Positions 60,778 through 64,000 of a stretch of DNA of 64,000 nt are shown here, piece after piece. The DNA lies in assembly GCA_965238005.1 (NCBI GenBank), contig OZ250165.1, positions 2,624,001 to 2,688,000 of the forward strand, in the 5' to 3' direction. The stretch is from Longimicrobiales bacterium (GTDB lineage: Bacteria > Gemmatimonadota > Gemmatimonadetes > Longimicrobiales > Gaopeijiaceae). A program made the position numbers and the translations under genes. A model generated the notes under the pieces. It ran no database searches and had not been told where the DNA came from. It worked only from the letters and a program-made list of their open reading frames with translations. How positions within the stretch are numbered: the first letter of the stretch is position 1; every line of letters starts with the position of its first letter.

Positions 60778-61422
60778 ATGGCCGAAACTAAAGAAGTCAC
60801 GAAGCCGCGGGACTACCGCCGGCGGCGGTTGCCGCTGCTTCTCTGTTGGCCACTTTGCTCGTTTTTGATCACCGGATGCCGTGCATCGGAAGAACAGCAG
60901 ACGCTCAGTGATGGCCCACGTTACCTAAATGGAACGAGCCTTGTGCGTCCAATTGACTATCGCGAGTGGCCATTCGTTGGTTCGGCTCTCGGCTTGACGT
61001 ATGAAGCCGAAACAGCTTCGTCAGATGCGCCGCCCATTTTCACGAACGTTTTCGTGAATCCCTCTTCGCACCGCGGCTTCATGGAGACGGGGGTGTGGCC
61101 GAGCGGCACCGTGTTCGTTCTAGAATTCAGGCGCTCTCAGACTGACGCAGCCCCAAATAATAAGGGAGGGCGATTTCAAGGCGATTTGTTGGGCTTGGAG
61201 GCCGAGGTAAAGGATTCCCGATTTTCGGACGGATGGGCGTTCTTCAACTTCGGAAGGGGCACAGATCTAACAGAGGTTGCGGCCCCGCTGTCAGGTGCTG
61301 CTGCGGCTCCGTGTGTACAGTGTCACACGAAGGAAACGGCCGTGGAACGCACGTTTGTACAGTTCTATCCCACGCTGCTACAAGTGGCTCGCCACAAAGG
61401 CACGCTGAAACCGGGGTTCTGA
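60778..61422 (+). CDS. Cytochrome P460/c'-beta family protein
   Basis: YREWPFVG, NVFVNP, GTVFVLE, VKDSRF..GWAFF, C-terminal CVQCH, FVQFYP. Confidence 0.85.
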   Translation: MAETKEVTKPRDYRRRRLPLLLCWPLCSFLITGCRASEEQQTLSDGPRYLNGTSLVRPIDYREWPFVGSALGLTYEAETASSDAPPIFTNVFVNPSSHRGFMETGVWPSGTVFVLEFRRSQTDAAPNNKGGRFQGDLLGLEAEVKDSRFSDGWAFFNFGRGTDLTEVAAPLSGAAAAPCVQCHTKETAVERTFVQFYPTLLQVARHKGTLKPGF

Positions 61423-61439
61423 AACGGGAGCCTGTATGA

Positions 61440-62240
61440 GCGGTACCCCTCAAACAACTCGTAGTCGGCGCTCGAGCGGGTGACCACGGCGAGTCCGGCA
61501 TAGGCCCACAGGTTGCGCTTCGTGCGGAAGCGCCAAGGCGTACCAATGGTTGCCAACAACAGCGCGATACGCACGGGCCCGCAGTAGGGGATCGTCTCGA
61601 GCACCCCAAAGGCCGGATCGCGCTTCGCTTCAGCGACCATGGCCGCCTTGGTCTTCTTGCGCTGAGTCCGAAGCACATCGAGCTGAGCGTACAGGGTCTC
61701 GGCACGTAGCCGAGCACCGTGCTCGGGTAGCTGTGCGACCCAGGCGGCGCGCCCCTTCGGCTGGTAGACACCGCCGCCCGTGGTTCGGATGGCCCGCGCA
61801 CGGAAGAGTGCCTTGAGCCGCAGCATCACGCGCGTGCCGTCCTCGACGAGGTTGCGATAGGCTCGAGTCAGCTCCTTGAGATCGGCCCGGCCGTGTGCGC
61901 CGTGGTATACCGCTCGCAGGCTGCCGCACCGCAACTGCTCCGACAGTTCGTCGGCATCGACCTGGTCCCCCTTGTTGCCCGATCGCTTCTCGCCTCTGCG
62001 GTCGCACACGATCACCCGGTCTACACGAGGACTCAGTAGGTCGTAGAGCCACTGCGCCTGTGTTCCCTCCTCGAACACCACGTGCACCGACCCAGCCATC
62101 GCGCTGAAGAACTCCCTTATCGATTCGTCGCTCGTCTCCACCACGCTGCGCGCGATCACACGCCCCCCTTCGCTCCGAACCGTCGCCACCGTCATTGCCT
62201 GGTGCACGTCGAGCCCCACATACTTGGTGTTCCGCTTCAT
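61440..62240 (-). pseudogene. IS110-family transposase, 3'-truncated
   Basis: YVGLDVH, FEEG, KGDQVDA (DEDD domain), TIPYCGP, RF......AYAGL; homology ends after SSADYE. Confidence 0.85.
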
Positions 62241-62385
62241 GAGAGCCGCCCTCTGCTGTGGTCCATGGTTGTTTCGCAACTCCACGGTACCCACAGGGGG
62301 CGTGCTTTCAAGTTGTGTTAGAGCGCAGCTGGCCGGCACAGGTGAGTGAGGCTGATGCCAATGCTCGCCACGTGCAGTGGCTCGC

Positions 62386-62811
62386 TTAAGAGCGGTTCAA
62401 GATGATGCGGAGTGTGGCCGCAACGGAAGAACCGCTCCCGAAGTCGAACTGGCTGGCCGGGTTCGTGAGCGTCAGAACGTTTCCGTTCCGAGACGCATCG
62501 AACGGGGCGCCTGCGAGCGTGAGCGTGGTTCCGGACGAGTTCAGGGTCCCGGAGTCCGAACTGCTGCCACCAACACCGTCGTCGAACAGAGTGCTCGCAC
62601 TTCCGGCGGCATCCACGGTAAGCGTAAAGCTCGCGCCGTCGCGCTGGATGATGTCGGCGACATTCTGAGAGTTCGCGTTATCTGTGAACTCATAGACGGA
62701 GGCGGTCCAGGTTCCCTCTAGATCAACCGCTTCTAGGCCAGTACCGTCGTCACCGCAGCCGACGGTGACAACGGCCAAGGCAAGAATGGGCAGTAGACGA
62801 TGGAGCTTCAT
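62386..62811 (-). CDS. Putative lipoprotein (lipocalin-like beta protein)
   Basis: MKLHRLLPILALAVVTVGC lipobox, LEGTW motif. Confidence 0.7.
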   Translation of the reverse strand: MKLHRLLPILALAVVTVGCGDDGTGLEAVDLEGTWTASVYEFTDNANSQNVADIIQRDGASFTLTVDAAGSASTLFDDGVGGSSSDSGTLNSSGTTLTLAGAPFDASRNGNVLTLTNPASQFDFGSGSSVAATLRIILNRS

Positions 62812-63030
62812 TACCTGAGTCCTTTTCGGGGGATGGAAGGCGAGTTGAAGTAGGGGCGCTGCAAGGGGAGTGCCAGCCTGAAGACCCTGCACAGGTCCTA
62901 CAGGGCGTGGTGTCTAGCTGGTCGGCGGGGTGGACCCTTGTGGAACAACATTGCCGCCCTCAGCAACCTCTTTGCCCCCCCCGCCCGCCGTGCTGCCGCT
63001 GGTGCTGCGTTAGTCGCGAACAGATCAGCA

Positions 63031-63205
63031 AGCCGATAACGGCCCTCTAAGCCACGAGCACGCTCCAGCCGGACCCAAATACCGAATACACCCCGAAGAC
63101 GCTCCAGAACGCGAATACAGGCGCCTGACACGGTTCTGCTTGCGCCTACCGGCCCGCCCATAGGATCTTGCTCAAGTGTGATCTGCCGTAGCCGAGGACA
63201 TCCAG
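63031..63205 (+). repeat. Conserved non-coding element, copy 3, upstream of kinase stub D
   Basis: Same motif blocks as the 57461 and 58840 copies; contains palindrome CAGGCGCCTG. Confidence 0.85.
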
Positions 63206-64000
63206 ATGTCCGATCCAGTTGACCGCCTGAACGCAGCCCTAGAAGGCCGCTACATCATCGAGCGTGAATCGGGCGAAGGCGGGATGGCCAGAAACCTTCT
63301 TCGAGGGAGCCGCGGTCGATCCCCTCGAGCTGGTGCAACAGCCTTGAAATCGGCCACGAAAGCGGACGTTATGGTCAAGAACAACAAGAGTACGCCAGCC
63401 ACGTCACCCGAGGCGGGAATCTCCATCATCGGCATGGGGATGATGCTGAAGGGAGAATGCGAGACGGACGGCGCTCTCAGGATCGAAGGGACCGTCAACG
63501 GGGACGTTCACGCAGGCAAGGCCGTGGTGATCGGCAAGGAAGGGCTCGTGGACGGCAACATCTACACTCAGGACGCGGTCATCGCCGGTCGGGTGCTCGG
63601 CTCTGTTCACGCGTCACGTCTCGAGCTGCAATCCACGGGTTACATCGAGGGGGAGGTCGTAGCGCTGCGCATGCAGCTTGCTGAGGGTGCCACACTCACG
63701 GGTCAGGTGTCGGTAGGTGAGTCCCAAGCTCCGTCCCGCGGGAAGGCTGCCACTCGTGGGGAGGGTGCCGTAATCCACGGTCAGGTGTCGGTAGCGGACT
63801 CTCAGGCCGCGTCTGGCGGGCAGGCTTCCGCTCGTAAGAAGGGGGCCCCCGAGGGCACGCCGGAGGATGGTAGGAGAGAGCATGTAGGCGCGTTCATCGC
63901 GTCGGCGTCAACGGCGATCAGGAAGGCACTGGCGTCCCCCGGGTGGCCGAAGCCCCGGGCGTTGCCCGCGACGTCACCCGGGATGAACCCGGACGAGCAA
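63206..64000 (+). CDS. Bactofilin (polymer-forming cytoskeletal protein) fused in frame to kinase stub D; runs off window
   Basis: MSDPVDRLNAALEGRYIIERESGEGGMA.. reads without stop into MVKNNK (ATG 63371) ..ISIIG.GM.LKGECETDGALRIEGTVNGDV..VVIGKEG.VDGNI...DAVIAG.V.G.V..LEL. Confidence 0.8.
   Translation, partial: MSDPVDRLNAALEGRYIIERESGEGGMARNLLRGSRGRSPRAGATALKSATKADVMVKNNKSTPATSPEAGISIIGMGMMLKGECETDGALRIEGTVNGDVHAGKAVVIGKEGLVDGNIYTQDAVIAGRVLGSVHASRLELQSTGYIEGEVVALRMQLAEGATLTGQVSVGESQAPSRGKAATRGEGAVIHGQVSVADSQAASGGQASARKKGAPEGTPEDGRREHVGAFIASASTAIRKALASPGWPKPRALPATSPGMNPDEQ

Noticed and set aside
57461..63300. Diversity-generating retroelement or retron explanation for the kinase repeats
   Set aside because: No reverse transcriptase in the window and differences among copies are not confined to adenines

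Overview
High-GC bacterial window, probably Gemmatimonadota (inferred from gene content and the MSDPxxRLNxALxGRYxIERELGEGGMA Ser/Thr-kinase family; not verified by search). Bases 1-34600 look like core genome: a minus-strand dcw cluster (mraZ-rsmH-ftsL-ftsI-murE-murF-mraY-murD-ftsW-murG-murC-ftsQ-ftsA-ftsZ, then an M23 peptidase and a VWA-type membrane protein), a TPR protein, two sensor kinases, glpQ-like/glpD, an ABC ATPase, fdhD-mobA-mobB and a cyclase. From about 34670 to the end is an accessory region of stacked integrative elements. It holds tRNA-Val 3'-end att repeats (34806 and 46952, plus a decayed third copy), a tRNA-Pro fragment, an integrase remnant with arm-type repeats, IS630/IS1182/IS3/IS5/IS110 elements or remnants, a heavy-metal RND efflux operon headed by a His-rich RAPP-motif leader ORF, and many small secreted or lipoprotein genes and gene fragments. 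The most unusual signal is a repeated module. The 5' end of a Ser/Thr kinase gene occurs four times, truncated at different lengths, and three copies are preceded by a conserved ~160-bp non-coding element. Each stub is joined to an unrelated cargo gene: two by stop/start overlap, one by in-frame fusion, one by plain overlap. This suggests a portable expression or gene-capture cassette. Start codons were chosen by eye in several cases.
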